DNA of 64,000 nt. Source: Obrimoposthia wandeli (lineage: Eukaryota). The stretch covers positions 186,001 to 250,000 of the forward strand of contig CDROCS010002105.1 in the NCBI GenBank assembly GCA_977020255.1, in the 5' to 3' direction. The notes below the pieces were generated by a model that saw only the letters and a list, made by a program, of their open reading frames with translations, did not search any database and was not told the origin of the DNA. Shown in pieces: positions 1-10,369 of the stretch; the stretch's first letter is position 1, and each line of letters starts with the position of its first letter. The position numbers and the translations under genes were made by a program.

Positions 1-12
1 TAAATTATCAAT

Positions 13-46
13 AAAAAAGCCGACTTCAGATAGAAGTCGGCTTTTT
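13..46. terminator. Intrinsic terminator, likely bidirectional
   Basis: AAAAAAGCCGACTTC-AGATA-GAAGTCGGCTTTTT; A/T tracts on both sides; 20 bp past the stop of the 66..365 gene. Confidence 0.85.
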
Positions 47-65
47 ATTCAAAATATAGCGGTGA

Positions 66-365
66 TTATTTTGCTAAAGAACGGCTCTTTAATTCAAAAA
101 TCAGCTTTTCTGCACTGCATTCAAATTTGATGCGCGCTGTTAGTTCTGTGCTTTCTTCTGTTAGCTCTGATGCTTGATATTCGAAGTTAGCATTCACTTC
201 CTTGGCTAGTGCAAGGTAGTTATTTAATTCATTTTCTAAAGCGACTTGACCTTGAGCGAAGATTGATACTTCAGCGACATCGTCACCTTCTTTGATAATA
301 AAGCCTACTTCTGCAGATACGCCACAAGCGTCGCACGGTTGAAATTCTTGTTCTTCGTTATTCAT
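66..365 (-). CDS. YfcZ/YiiS (DUF406) family protein
   Basis: 99 aa acidic protein with N-terminal CDACG and C-terminal F-x-C-x-AEKLIFEL, typical of the family. Confidence 0.75.
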   Translation of the reverse strand: MNNEEQEFQPCDACGVSAEVGFIIKEGDDVAEVSIFAQGQVALENELNNYLALAKEVNANFEYQASELTEESTELTARIKFECSAEKLIFELKSRSLAK

Positions 366-521
366 GACTTTAATCCCTATTGGTTTTATAGGGTTATTCT
401 AAAACTTCGTGACCTAGATCGCTATTCATAAATGATGAAAAGTAAATTTTACTGTTTTTAATCACTAGATGCACTGTTTCTGAGGGTTGCGTGTTGATTC
501 ATAAAATACATGCTCATTCAT

Positions 522-567
522 AAAAAAAGCACCTAAAGTATCGTTTTAGGCACTTATTGGTGCTTTT
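522..567 (-). terminator. Terminator of the TRAP operon
   Basis: AAAAAAAGCACC...GGTGCTTTT with an inner CCTAAA/TTTAGG stem, just downstream of the 580 stop. Confidence 0.65.
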
Positions 568-579
568 CTGGTTGTTTAT

Positions 580-2478
580 TTAATCGTTTGAAGTAGCAAG
601 TTTGCTACTTTGAGATCGCATATTAAGCAACACAATGGCGGCGATAATTACAACACCGACTATACGTATCCAGCTATCTGTAAAAATAATCCCACCGGCT
701 AACACGAATAAAATACCCCGTTCTATCAATGATAGTGGATTAATGAGGCGTCCTTCAATACTGCCAGCAAAGGCTAAAATTAGCCCGATAGTGGTTATAA
801 TGGCAAAGACAAATCCAGACATGTTATCACTGCTGTAAATGAGCCCCGAAAAAGCCATCATGGTTGGAATGAGGAAGAAACCTTGTGCGAGCTTAAAGGC
901 TTGAACCGCTGATTTCATTGGGGAAGCATTGGCGATACCGGCCCCCGCAAACGCTGCGAGAGCGATAGGGGGAGTAACATTTGATGTTTGTGATAACCAA
1001 AAAACAATCATATGAGCGGTAAGTAAACCCAAACCAAGAGCAGTTAAGGCAGGTACGGCCATTATGGATAATACGATGTACGCGGCTGTTACAGGTAACC
1101 CCATACCAAGAATAACGGCAGCGATGGCTATCAAGCCTAAAACAGACCATAAATGACCGCCAGAAAGAGCAATCAAAAATTGGGTGAACTGCAAACCAAT
1201 ACCCGTTTGGCCAACCACACCAACAACAATACCAGCCGTTGCACATGCAACCGAAATAGGCAGTGCTAAAAGAGCGCCTTCTTTCATGCCCTGTAAGAAA
1301 ACACGAAAAGTCAGTCGACTGTGTTTTCGGCACATCGCTGCGGTAAGAATAGCGGCACACCCTGCAACACCAACTAAAACAGGGGAGTAGCTCATTAACA
1401 GTAACGTCGTTATAAAAATTAACGGGACTAAAAAGTGCCAACCTTGTTTAAGTACCACACTTAATTTTTCAACGGTATCCATGCCTTGCAAACCGAGTTT
1501 ACACGCCATTAAATGCACATAAAGCAGTGTACAGCCAAAATATAAAATGGCAGGTGCAATCGAAACGAGCAAGATTTCACTGTATGGAATACCTGTAAAT
1601 TGTGCCATTACAAAAGCACCAGCTCCCATTACGGGTGGCATAATTTGCCCCCCGGTAGATGCTGCTGCCTCAATACCTGCTGCTTGCTCAGGTTTATATC
1701 CAAGTTTCTTCATCATCGGAATCGTCAGTGCGCCTGTGGTGACGGTGTTCGCAATGGCTGAACCAGATATTGACCCCAATGCAGCAGATGCAATGACACT
1801 TGCTTTTGCAGGTCCTCCTCGATACTTTCCTGCCACCGAAAATGCACCATCAATGAAGAACTGACCCGCACCACTGACTTGTAAAAAAGCGCCAAATAAC
1901 ACAAAAATAAAAACAACACCGGCCGCAATAGCAAGAGGGGCACCGAAAACGCCATTGGTTGAAAAAATATGAAAACGAATAATTTCTTCTACCGAGAACC
2001 CTTTACTCGCGACTACGTCAGGCAATATGTTGCCAAATAAAGCATACCCAAGAAAAAATACCGCGATAGCGACCATCACGAGCCCAACAGTTCGGCGGGT
2101 TGCCTCTAGTAGCAAAGCGATAATAATTACCCCTGCCAGTTGATCGGTACTGGTTAGCCCATCAAGCAAGAAGCCAATATCATCGTAATCAAATTGGATA
2201 ACTCGAAGTACAGCCCAAATCGTGAGGCCTGCAAAAGTAATATCAATTAAACGAGCAGGTAAATAGAGGCGAGGGTGTTTGCTTATATGAACTAGAGGCT
2301 TTACGAGAAAGACTAAAACAAGCACCCAACTAAGGTGAATCGGGCGGAAAATAGGGGCCGAAAGCTCTGCTGTAATACCTTGCCATACTTGAAATACAGA
2401 TAGAATAATCGCTGCAATTGTTGCAACGAACATGATTTTGTCTGCCAATACTTGGCGGAATGAAGAGGTTGTCGTCAT
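580..2478 (-). CDS. TRAP transporter fused 4TM/12TM permease (TAXI type)
   Basis: 632 aa polytopic; GGPAKASV, SGSAIANTVTTG, ASTGGQIMPPVMGAGAF, TPPIALAAFAGA motifs. Confidence 0.92.
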   Translation of the reverse strand: MTTTSSFRQVLADKIMFVATIAAIILSVFQVWQGITAELSAPIFRPIHLSWVLVLVFLVKPLVHISKHPRLYLPARLIDITFAGLTIWAVLRVIQFDYDDIGFLLDGLTSTDQLAGVIIIALLLEATRRTVGLVMVAIAVFFLGYALFGNILPDVVASKGFSVEEIIRFHIFSTNGVFGAPLAIAAGVVFIFVLFGAFLQVSGAGQFFIDGAFSVAGKYRGGPAKASVIASAALGSISGSAIANTVTTGALTIPMMKKLGYKPEQAAGIEAAASTGGQIMPPVMGAGAFVMAQFTGIPYSEILLVSIAPAILYFGCTLLYVHLMACKLGLQGMDTVEKLSVVLKQGWHFLVPLIFITTLLLMSYSPVLVGVAGCAAILTAAMCRKHSRLTFRVFLQGMKEGALLALPISVACATAGIVVGVVGQTGIGLQFTQFLIALSGGHLWSVLGLIAIAAVILGMGLPVTAAYIVLSIMAVPALTALGLGLLTAHMIVFWLSQTSNVTPPIALAAFAGAGIANASPMKSAVQAFKLAQGFFLIPTMMAFSGLIYSSDNMSGFVFAIITTIGLILAFAGSIEGRLINPLSLIERGILFVLAGGIIFTDSWIRIVGVVIIAAIVLLNMRSQSSKLATSND

Positions 2479-2698
2479 CGCTTACTCCGTGCAATTAAAC
2501 GAGTGAACCGAAAATGTAGAACGAATAGTCATTTTATATCCACAATAATAAGTATTTGCTCTGTGTTATTCTCATAGGATTAGTTTGTGTCTGTACTCTT
2601 TTTGTACGAATAGAGCACTTGTATCATTAACAAGTGCTCTTATTATTATCGAACGAATTACCTCTGTTCAGTTAGCTTGAACTAACCGAACGAAAGGT

Positions 2699-3628
2699 TT
2701 ATTTGGTTTGTTCGTTTAAATATTTTTGAGCACCAGGATGAAGAGGGATCCCTTTTAGTTGCCCCATATTTTCAATTGTCGTGAATTTAGTCACACCAAT
2801 CACTTGTCGAATTTTCTCGATATTATCGAAAGCGGCTTTTGTCATATCGTAAGCTAGCTCTTCGTCCATCTTGTTGTTTGCAACAAGTACGTTCCATACC
2901 GCTGGCGCTTTAAATTCAGGCACGTTTTTATATGTATCAGCTGGTACATCAAGGCTTTGGTAGGAAGGGTTAGTTTCAACGATCTTCGCTAGTTCAGCAT
3001 CAGTGAATGACAGAATACGGATATTACGTGTTAAGGCTAATTCTGTAATCGCGCCTACACCTAGGCTACCAACAATAACACCTGCATCAATCTGACCATT
3101 CGCTAATGCATTGGTTGTTGCGGTGTAGTTCAGGGCTTGGCCATTCACATCACTTTCTTCAATACCTAATGTTTTTAAAATATTAATGGCACTCACTCGT
3201 GTACCTGACCCCGGTGCGCCCAGTGATACGCGTTTGCCTTTTAGCTGCTCAATTGACGTGATGTCTGAGTCGGCAGGTACCAAGAATTGAACCACATTTG
3301 GGTAAAGGGCAAAGAGTACCGATACATCCATTTTTCGTGGGAAAGGTTTTGTTCCTTCATAGGCTTGTAAAACTACATTACCCATAGCAATACCCGCTAA
3401 CTGCTTATTGCTTGATACTTTAATAACATTTTCTACCGATGCCGCTGTTACTTCAGCACGCATGTTGAAGTCATCGATACTGTCACTCCACACTTTTGCA
3501 AGAATGCCGCCTAACGGGTAATAAGTACCGCTTTGGCTTCCAGTGCCAATAGTGTAATTTTCAGCAGCTGCAGGTAGCGAAATTGCCAATGTTAATGCAA
3601 TAAGCCCTGTTTTGAGAGATTGATACAT
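2699..3628 (-). CDS. TAXI family TRAP solute-binding protein
   Basis: Signal peptide; IGTGSQSGTYYPLGG, SVEN, LGAPGSGT, PLHPGA motifs; upstream of the fused permease. Confidence 0.92.
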   Translation of the reverse strand: MYQSLKTGLIALTLAISLPAAAENYTIGTGSQSGTYYPLGGILAKVWSDSIDDFNMRAEVTAASVENVIKVSSNKQLAGIAMGNVVLQAYEGTKPFPRKMDVSVLFALYPNVVQFLVPADSDITSIEQLKGKRVSLGAPGSGTRVSAINILKTLGIEESDVNGQALNYTATTNALANGQIDAGVIVGSLGVGAITELALTRNIRILSFTDAELAKIVETNPSYQSLDVPADTYKNVPEFKAPAVWNVLVANNKMDEELAYDMTKAAFDNIEKIRQVIGVTKFTTIENMGQLKGIPLHPGAQKYLNEQTK

Positions 3629-3910
3629 TGTGTGTAAACTCCTTTTTAAATTGAAATGTATTTATCTAGTTAGACAGCTAACCTAATATCACATAACTGC
3701 TATGTAGCGAGTATGGCAATGAAGGCGCTGAGTTTTTATACTTTAAATGTTATGGGCTTGTTATTGTAAATGGTCAATATTGAAGCTGCAGAAATGAGAC
3801 ATCATCGAAGTAGATTATTAACTAGTTGTGTTCTTTCCAGTTCAGCATATTGAAAATACGTAAAAATTTCTGTAATTCAATCTAGTGAAGAAATGGAAGA
3901 GATGAAATAG

Positions 3911-3943
3911 AAAAACAGGAAGCCAATGCGTGGGCTTCCTGTT
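3911..3943 (-). terminator. Intrinsic terminator after the 4021..4371 gene
   Basis: AACAGGAAGCC-loop-GGCTTCCTGTT, followed by a T-tract on the minus strand. Confidence 0.75.
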
Positions 3944-4020
3944 CGTGCTGGCGTTAAAGTTAGGTTAATTGCTTGATGTTATTGTTGTAGTCTTCTTCGT
4001 TGTGCTGTTTTTTATCAACA

Positions 4021-4371
4021 CTAACGACTATTTGGACCACTGACATCATAGCTATAATTTATATTGACCATTGCACGGTATTTAACTTGTCCTTTTGCTG
4101 TTGAAATTTCGTCAACCTCCACATGTGAACTTTCAACTTTTATCGAATTAGTTTCTAGCCCATATTCATAGATACCTAATGTTCTTTTTAGTTTATTAGG
4201 TGATTCATTCTGAATGTTTGAGGCAAAGTTATGACCTAAATTGTAGGCCCCTTCTTTTGAATCACTGATCCCTGCCGTTAGGTTTCGAGTTTCTGCTTTA
4301 GAGTCCCAAGAGAAGGCAAAAGTACTTGAACTGAATATCAACGCTATGAATAGTAAAGTTAACTTTTTCAT
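4021..4371 (-). CDS. Secreted protein, probably DUF3316 family
   Basis: Signal peptide ending in TFA; SK-x-x-AY-x-LG and Y-x-A-x-V-x-x-x-Y pattern recalled from Vibrio DUF3316 proteins. Confidence 0.55.
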   Translation of the reverse strand: MKKLTLLFIALIFSSSTFAFSWDSKAETRNLTAGISDSKEGAYNLGHNFASNIQNESPNKLKRTLGIYEYGLETNSIKVESSHVEVDEISTAKGQVKYRAMVNINYSYDVSGPNSR

Positions 4372-4596
4372 CGTTCATTCCTCAAATTAGACAACATAGT
4401 TCTTGGCCTTTTGGGGCCATAAAATGATTGGGTACCTAATTTAAAAGACCTGCTTACACTGTAATTATTTCATGAAATATTCTTTTTCTTTTGAGCAATT
4501 GCCGTGTAAAAGATGGACGTTGAATACCGTAAAGAAAAACGCCAGCATATTAGCTGGCGTTGTCTGTAGATATGGATGAGTTGTAGTAAAGGCTGT

Positions 4597-6522
4597 TTAG
4601 TCTTGAAGTGAATAGACCTTGCAGACTAGCGCCCGAGTCTCGCCAAATGGATAAGCTTCTAGCTGCCCAAATCCATTCATTTGTCTCGCTTTTACTTTGG
4701 TATTTAATGGTGATGTCATTCCATTTAAAAAGCGAGTAATAGCGGCGGCTGATGGCGTAGTTGTACATGCCGCTAAAAATGGGTCACACCAAGCCTTTAG
4801 TACATTGTCAGATGTCTCTGGTAGGGGAAGTGCTGGTGGAAGAACAGCAATATCACCGCGGCAGACCGAGCAATGACCGCATAGCTTGGGGGCATTATTA
4901 TCGGCGAAGTAACTCGCAAGATCATGGCTTAAGCACTGCGTGTTTTCAAAGAAACTGATCATTTTATTAAGGCGTTTGATTTCACTGCTTTCTTTTTGAC
5001 GGAATAAATCAAATAGCTTCTTCGCCTCTTCATTCACATCATATTGATTGTTGACCACGCGATAAACATCGGTCATTTGTTTGCTTTCTAATGTAATCCA
5101 ACCTTTTTCACTGAAATAGTCGATCGCGGTTATTACACGTTTACGATCAGCATGGCAGCTATTCCAAAGTGCTTCAAAATCAAGCGTATACCAAGTGCGC
5201 GCTTTAGGTGAGCAGGAAAAAATATTTTCGACAAATTGGCGGCGTTCACCTTGAAAATGTGCAACGATTTCTTGAGGCGTTAGATTGCATTTGAATCGAT
5301 AATCAGCAAAGTACGTAAACTGTGGTTCGATAATCTTATGGATTTCGAGGTAAACCAGCAGTGTCTTAAGCGGTAATAAACGCACATTACTGTCTTTAGA
5401 AAGGCGAGTCAGCATTACCTCCCATGCGGCGGGTTGGTTTTTAATTTCATCTAAAATATATGCAATGGCATCAAGATCGGGTGTATCACCATAAACGAAA
5501 TTCTCTAAAACATTTAGCCCCGCCTTATTGGCTATAACGGTACATTCAGCGTTTTCACCATCTCGTCCTGCCCGTCCAATTTCTTGACTGTAATTTTCTA
5601 TCGATTTTGGAAGATCAAAGTGAACCACTTTACGAATATTGGATTTATCTATGCCCATACCAAATGCGATGGTGGCAACAATACAGTTAATATTACCGCT
5701 CATGAACTCATGTTGAATCGCTTGACGTCGATCGTTGTCCATTCCGGCGTGATAAGCCTGCGCTTGATAGCCTTGTTGATTAAGCGCAACGGCTACAGCT
5801 TCTGCGGTTTGTTGAAGCGTGACATAGATAATGGTTGGCTGATCATTGTGATGCCCCAGCACTTTATAAAGTGTGGGTAGCTTATTATGATCTTCGGCAG
5901 CCAAAATCGTAAGATCTAAGTTCGGGCGATAGAAGCCAGTTACAATGATATCTTGTTCGGCAATGCCGAATTTTGTACTCATATCCTGAATAACATTCGG
6001 TGTTGCTGTTGCTGTTAGCAGCAATACTTGAGGAATGTTAAGTAGCTGACGGTAATATGGCAACTTAAGGTAATCGGGGCGAAAGTTATGCCCCCATTCA
6101 GAAATACAGTGCGCTTCATCAACCACTAATAGAGAAACTTGTATCTGAGAGATAAACTGGCGGAAGCGCTCATTTTTCAGGCGCTCTACAGAAATCATTA
6201 ATACCTTGGTTTCTCCATTACGTACTCCCTGCATCACTTGCTGGCTCTCATCCCATGTTTGACTGGAATCAATAGATGCTGCTGGGATCTTCTTAGATCG
6301 CAAGAAATCGAGTTGATCTTTCATTAATGCTAAAAGAGGAGAGATCACAAGTGTTAAGTGAGGTAGCTGAACTGCAGGTAATTGATAGCATAAAGATTTA
6401 CCTGACCCAGTAGGGAAAATAGCAGCAGCAGATTGCCCGTTAAGAACACGAGCAATAACGTCTTCTTGTCCTTTACGTAAACTATCGAAGCCAAAGTAAT
6501 CTTTAAGTGTTTGATGATACAT
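4597..6522 (-). CDS. RecQ-family ATP-dependent DNA helicase (secondary paralogue)
   Basis: FPTGSGKS Walker A, DEAH, HNFRPDY, QEIGRAGRDG, and a C...CGHCSVC zinc site. Confidence 0.92.
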   Translation of the reverse strand: MYHQTLKDYFGFDSLRKGQEDVIARVLNGQSAAAIFPTGSGKSLCYQLPAVQLPHLTLVISPLLALMKDQLDFLRSKKIPAASIDSSQTWDESQQVMQGVRNGETKVLMISVERLKNERFRQFISQIQVSLLVVDEAHCISEWGHNFRPDYLKLPYYRQLLNIPQVLLLTATATPNVIQDMSTKFGIAEQDIIVTGFYRPNLDLTILAAEDHNKLPTLYKVLGHHNDQPTIIYVTLQQTAEAVAVALNQQGYQAQAYHAGMDNDRRQAIQHEFMSGNINCIVATIAFGMGIDKSNIRKVVHFDLPKSIENYSQEIGRAGRDGENAECTVIANKAGLNVLENFVYGDTPDLDAIAYILDEIKNQPAAWEVMLTRLSKDSNVRLLPLKTLLVYLEIHKIIEPQFTYFADYRFKCNLTPQEIVAHFQGERRQFVENIFSCSPKARTWYTLDFEALWNSCHADRKRVITAIDYFSEKGWITLESKQMTDVYRVVNNQYDVNEEAKKLFDLFRQKESSEIKRLNKMISFFENTQCLSHDLASYFADNNAPKLCGHCSVCRGDIAVLPPALPLPETSDNVLKAWCDPFLAACTTTPSAAAITRFLNGMTSPLNTKVKARQMNGFGQLEAYPFGETRALVCKVYSLQD

Positions 6523-6724
6523 ATAGAGTGCACGCTCACTTTACAAATGAACGGCAATAATAGCCTAACTGACAATAAGATAGTAAGCGTTGTGAGTCGA
6601 TAGGTAGAACTTTTAGAAGTAAGGCGAGTTTTCTTGCAAGGTAATTAATGAGTAAAATGCCAATACGCACCAGAATTGAATAAGGTTTAGTAAAAAACAG
6701 GCCGTATTAGCATTTTTCTCGGGA

Positions 6725-8281
6725 TTACTTATCTTCAAATTGTTGAGCTAAATGATGAAAATTATCCACTTTACCTTTTAGTGTCGAGCCTGTTTTTTCT
6801 ACGTCAGCAACATCTTGAAGATTCTGTTCAGAAGCATCGGCAACGGAATGGATATGTTGACCAATTTCACTCGATAAGCTTTCTTGTTGGGTAGCAGAAG
6901 AAGAAACTTGAGAGATTAATTGGTTAATCGTCAGCATATTGTTTTCTACTTTTTGCAAACACTCAGCGCCTTTCTCTGCGATATTCACACATTCGTTCGT
7001 CTTATCACGATTGCTTTCGATCAGGTTTTGCCAATTTTTAATGGTGGTTATCATTTGCTCTATGCTGGTTTGGATTTGTTCTGTCGCCTTTTGTGTTCGA
7101 GAAGAAAGAGCACGCACTTCATCGGCAACAACCGCAAAACCTCGGCCGTGTTCGCCTGCGCGTGCAGCTTCAATGGCTGCATTCAAAGCCAGTAAGTTGG
7201 TTTGTGCGGCAATACCGTTTATTTCAGACATTACAGTACTGACTTTACCGGCTTCGCTACTGAGCTGGTGTGTTGCTGAGGTTGCTTGTTCGGCTTGCGC
7301 TGAGAGTTGCTGTAAGCTTTTTTGTGTTGAATCAAGTTGCACGCGGGTTAGATCGCAGTGAAAACGGGTTTCATCTAATAATGAATGGGTTTCATTTGCA
7401 TGATTTGAGACTGTTCGAGCAGAGTCAGACATCTCATTCACTGCATTTGCGACATGATGAATATTGTCATTTTGCGAGCTAATAGCACGCGTTACTCGGC
7501 TGGCTGTATCGCTGAGTTGATCTGCTAAATCATGTAACGGTTCAGCGGAATCTGTCATTCGACCTAGCACTGTTCGAATACGTGCAGACATCATTTTCAT
7601 ATGAAAATCGGCTACCGAAAATTGGTCATTACCAGAAAAAATCAATCGACTTACACTGTCATAGCGTGATTGAAGTTGTTTCAGTTGGTGTGGTGTATTA
7701 ATGAGTTCTTGACGGAAAAACAAACTAATAACAGCAGCAGGTGCAATGCTTAATAAGCTTTGTAGGCTCATTCCTGTGTGCATTATGCTTGCTGTAACGG
7801 GTAGTGCGCAGGCTATTGCTAATGTTGTAAATTTAATGCTATCTGGTAAAGAGAAAGCGACTTGTCGTCCTTTCTTCTCGGCATTTAGTAATTGCTTATA
7901 GGCTGATGTTGCTACGTTAACCCACTGTGCTTTGGGTTTAACACGAACAGATTGGAAACCGATGATTTTTCCATGCTCGTAAATCGGTGTGACGTATGCA
8001 TCTACCCAATAGAAACCGCCATCTTTGGTTTTATTTTTTACAATGCCTCTCCATGGTTTTCCATCTCGTAAGCATAGCCATAAATCAGCAAATGCAGCTT
8101 TAGGCATGTCAGGGTGGCGGATAATGTTGTGGTTTTGACCTATTAGCTCTTCGGGACTATAACCAGCTACCCGACAGAAAAGCGGATTACAGTAAGTAAT
8201 GATACCTTTTGTATCTGTCGTAGAAACTAATTGTTCGTTATCAGAAAAGGTAGATTCTTTATTTATTAGCATGGCTGACAC
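6725..8281 (-). CDS. Aer-like PAS-domain methyl-accepting chemotaxis protein
   Basis: N-terminal PAS ([26 protein letters not shown]), central hydrophobic hairpin, MCP signalling motif [18 protein letters not shown]. Confidence 0.9.
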   Translation of the reverse strand: MSAMLINKESTFSDNEQLVSTTDTKGIITYCNPLFCRVAGYSPEELIGQNHNIIRHPDMPKAAFADLWLCLRDGKPWRGIVKNKTKDGGFYWVDAYVTPIYEHGKIIGFQSVRVKPKAQWVNVATSAYKQLLNAEKKGRQVAFSLPDSIKFTTLAIACALPVTASIMHTGMSLQSLLSIAPAAVISLFFRQELINTPHQLKQLQSRYDSVSRLIFSGNDQFSVADFHMKMMSARIRTVLGRMTDSAEPLHDLADQLSDTASRVTRAISSQNDNIHHVANAVNEMSDSARTVSNHANETHSLLDETRFHCDLTRVQLDSTQKSLQQLSAQAEQATSATHQLSSEAGKVSTVMSEINGIAAQTNLLALNAAIEAARAGEHGRGFAVVADEVRALSSRTQKATEQIQTSIEQMITTIKNWQNLIESNRDKTNECVNIAEKGAECLQKVENNMLTINQLISQVSSSATQQESLSSEIGQHIHSVADASEQNLQDVADVEKTGSTLKGKVDNFHHLAQQFEDK

Positions 8282-8590
8282 GCAATGACCTTATTTATGG
8301 ATATTGTTATTATTTGTTATATGAAACCATATTATTACATTAAATATCAATAGATTAATGCGATGTTTATGTTTGTATTGCTTTGTTGGCGCTTGGTGTC
8401 AACAAAGTGACATATTCAATCGGAATATATTATCAGTAAAGAAATCATTAAAAGTGTCAGTGTTGTCACAATGAATATTTAATGTCGAAAAAAATTTGTT
8501 GTGCATCAAGAATGCAAAGTGCTGTCTGTTTCATATGCATGCGTTTCTGTTATTAAGCACTGGTGATCTAACCGTATTTAAAGGAAATAT

Positions 8591-10234
8591 ATGTCGTGGT
8601 TTTATAATCTTAGTTTTCGTTGGAAGCTTGCGTTGCCTACTGGGCTTGTTGTTGTTGTATTTATGGCTATTTTGAGTATGGTTTTAGCTGTGTTCAACGA
8701 TTTAGCACGAACGGATGCATTACAAAATGATGAAGTTCAGCCTGTGTTAAATAAAATGGAAGAAGGTTATCGTGATATTTATCAAGTTATAACCGCAGGG
8801 CAAGGGGTGCTTTTAGCTGCAGGTAATCAAGAGAAGATAAGCTATAATCAGAAAGAATTTTATGATGAGAGCAGTAAAACATTAGAACGTTTTAAATCTC
8901 CTACATTATTACTTGATAATGGCTTTATTGATGCATCGGGTCGTATATCGGTGCAAACCTTACCTACCCTTTATAGCCAATGGTTAACGCATTACGCCTA
9001 TATAATCGAAAACCCTGATAGTGCTGTTGACTATTATCAAAAGAATCAGAAACAGATCCAGCAAGAATTTAATCAGATGCGAGCTGCATATCTAGATATT
9101 AAAGTTCAAATAGAGCAAGCACAACGTGAACTGAAAGAGCAGATGAATGATGAGATTAGCCTTACTATCATCGTGCTAGAAGTGGGTGCGTTAGTGGCCA
9201 TTATTCTATCTATCGTGATCACATGGTTTGTATCTAGCCTTATTCTTGCGCCTTTACAGCGACTTTCTACAACAATGGAAAATATTGCCTCGGGTGAAGG
9301 TGACCTAACGCAACGAGTGCCTGTCGAGAGTCGTGATGAAATAGGGCAATTAGCAACCGCTTTTAATCAATTTGTATCAAAGATTCACGGTACGATCACG
9401 GAAGTGTCGGTAACAATGAAATCTGTGCGTGAAGAAACACAACAGATTCAAAAAGAAACCCAAGGTGTCGTGTTAAACGCATCAGAACAACAAGCGGAAA
9501 GCGCGCACGTTGCCACCGCTGTACATGAGATGAGTGCAACAAGCGATAACGTGAGCTCACATGCAAATGAGGCTGCTAGCGCAAGCCAATCTGCAGCCGA
9601 TGAATCAAATGCAGCGAAAAGAATTCTTGGTAATACGGTGACGTCTATTCATCAATTAGCCGATGACATTGAAACCTCAAGTGGCGTTATTACAAATCTT
9701 GAGCGAGATGTCAGTAACATCGCCTCTATTTTAGATGTTATTCGTGGTATTGCAGACCAAACCAATTTATTGGCATTAAACGCTGCCATTGAAGCGGCAC
9801 GAGCGGGTGAGCAAGGGCGTGGTTTTGCCGTGGTTGCTGATGAAGTACGTTCTTTAGCCAGTAAAACCCAAGATAGTACTGGCGAAATACAAGTGATGAT
9901 TGAGCGTTTACAACGTGGTGCGCATGATGCTGTTCAAGCGATGGCAAGAAGCCAAGAAAGTGGTACTGCGACTGTTGATCAGGCGAATAGTGCTAATGAG
10001 TCGTTAGATGCAATTAGCCAGTCGATTGAAGTGATTAATGAAATGAATATGCAGATTGCGACAGCGGCAAATCAACAAAGCCAAGTCAGTGAAGATGTTA
10101 ATCAAAATATTCAGAAAATCGCAGATAAGAGTCAAGAAGTTGTGTTTAAAGTTCAATCATCAGAAAAAGCATTTGCAGCATTAGCAAGTGATTGTAAGCA
10201 GTTAGATACACTCATTGGTCAATTTAAAATATAA
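8591..10234 (+). CDS. Methyl-accepting chemotaxis protein (TM-periplasmic-TM-HAMP-MA)
   Basis: Two TM helices, HAMP (GDLTQRV...DEIGQLA), MCP signalling hairpin; AAGGA RBS. Confidence 0.93.
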   Translation: MSWFYNLSFRWKLALPTGLVVVVFMAILSMVLAVFNDLARTDALQNDEVQPVLNKMEEGYRDIYQVITAGQGVLLAAGNQEKISYNQKEFYDESSKTLERFKSPTLLLDNGFIDASGRISVQTLPTLYSQWLTHYAYIIENPDSAVDYYQKNQKQIQQEFNQMRAAYLDIKVQIEQAQRELKEQMNDEISLTIIVLEVGALVAIILSIVITWFVSSLILAPLQRLSTTMENIASGEGDLTQRVPVESRDEIGQLATAFNQFVSKIHGTITEVSVTMKSVREETQQIQKETQGVVLNASEQQAESAHVATAVHEMSATSDNVSSHANEAASASQSAADESNAAKRILGNTVTSIHQLADDIETSSGVITNLERDVSNIASILDVIRGIADQTNLLALNAAIEAARAGEQGRGFAVVADEVRSLASKTQDSTGEIQVMIERLQRGAHDAVQAMARSQESGTATVDQANSANESLDAISQSIEVINEMNMQIATAANQQSQVSEDVNQNIQKIADKSQEVVFKVQSSEKAFAALASDCKQLDTLIGQFKI

Positions 10235-10271
10235 GTTCTATTAGCGAACGGTATGAAGCAGTAACATAAAT

Positions 10272-10311
10272 AAAAAAGCCGGAGCACTCTTTTCTAGTGT
10301 GCTTCGGCTTT
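10272..10311. terminator. Terminator between convergent MCP and acyl-CoA ligase
   Basis: AAAAAAGCCGGAGCAC...GTGCTTCGGCTTT. Confidence 0.7.
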
Positions 10312-10369
10312 CGTCATAAGATGAATACAGCTTTCAGCCTTAATGTGGGGCTAGCTGATTATATTACTG

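Noticed and set aside
635-1955. Several 67-182 aa alternative-frame ORFs inside the TRAP permease (and similar shadow ORFs throughout the window)
   Set aside because: Fully overlap well-supported genes, lack RBS or family motifs, and are the expected antisense/off-frame shadows
3714-3728. GG-N10-GC sigma54-like spacing
   Set aside because: Lacks TTGC context and points on the plus strand where no gene follows
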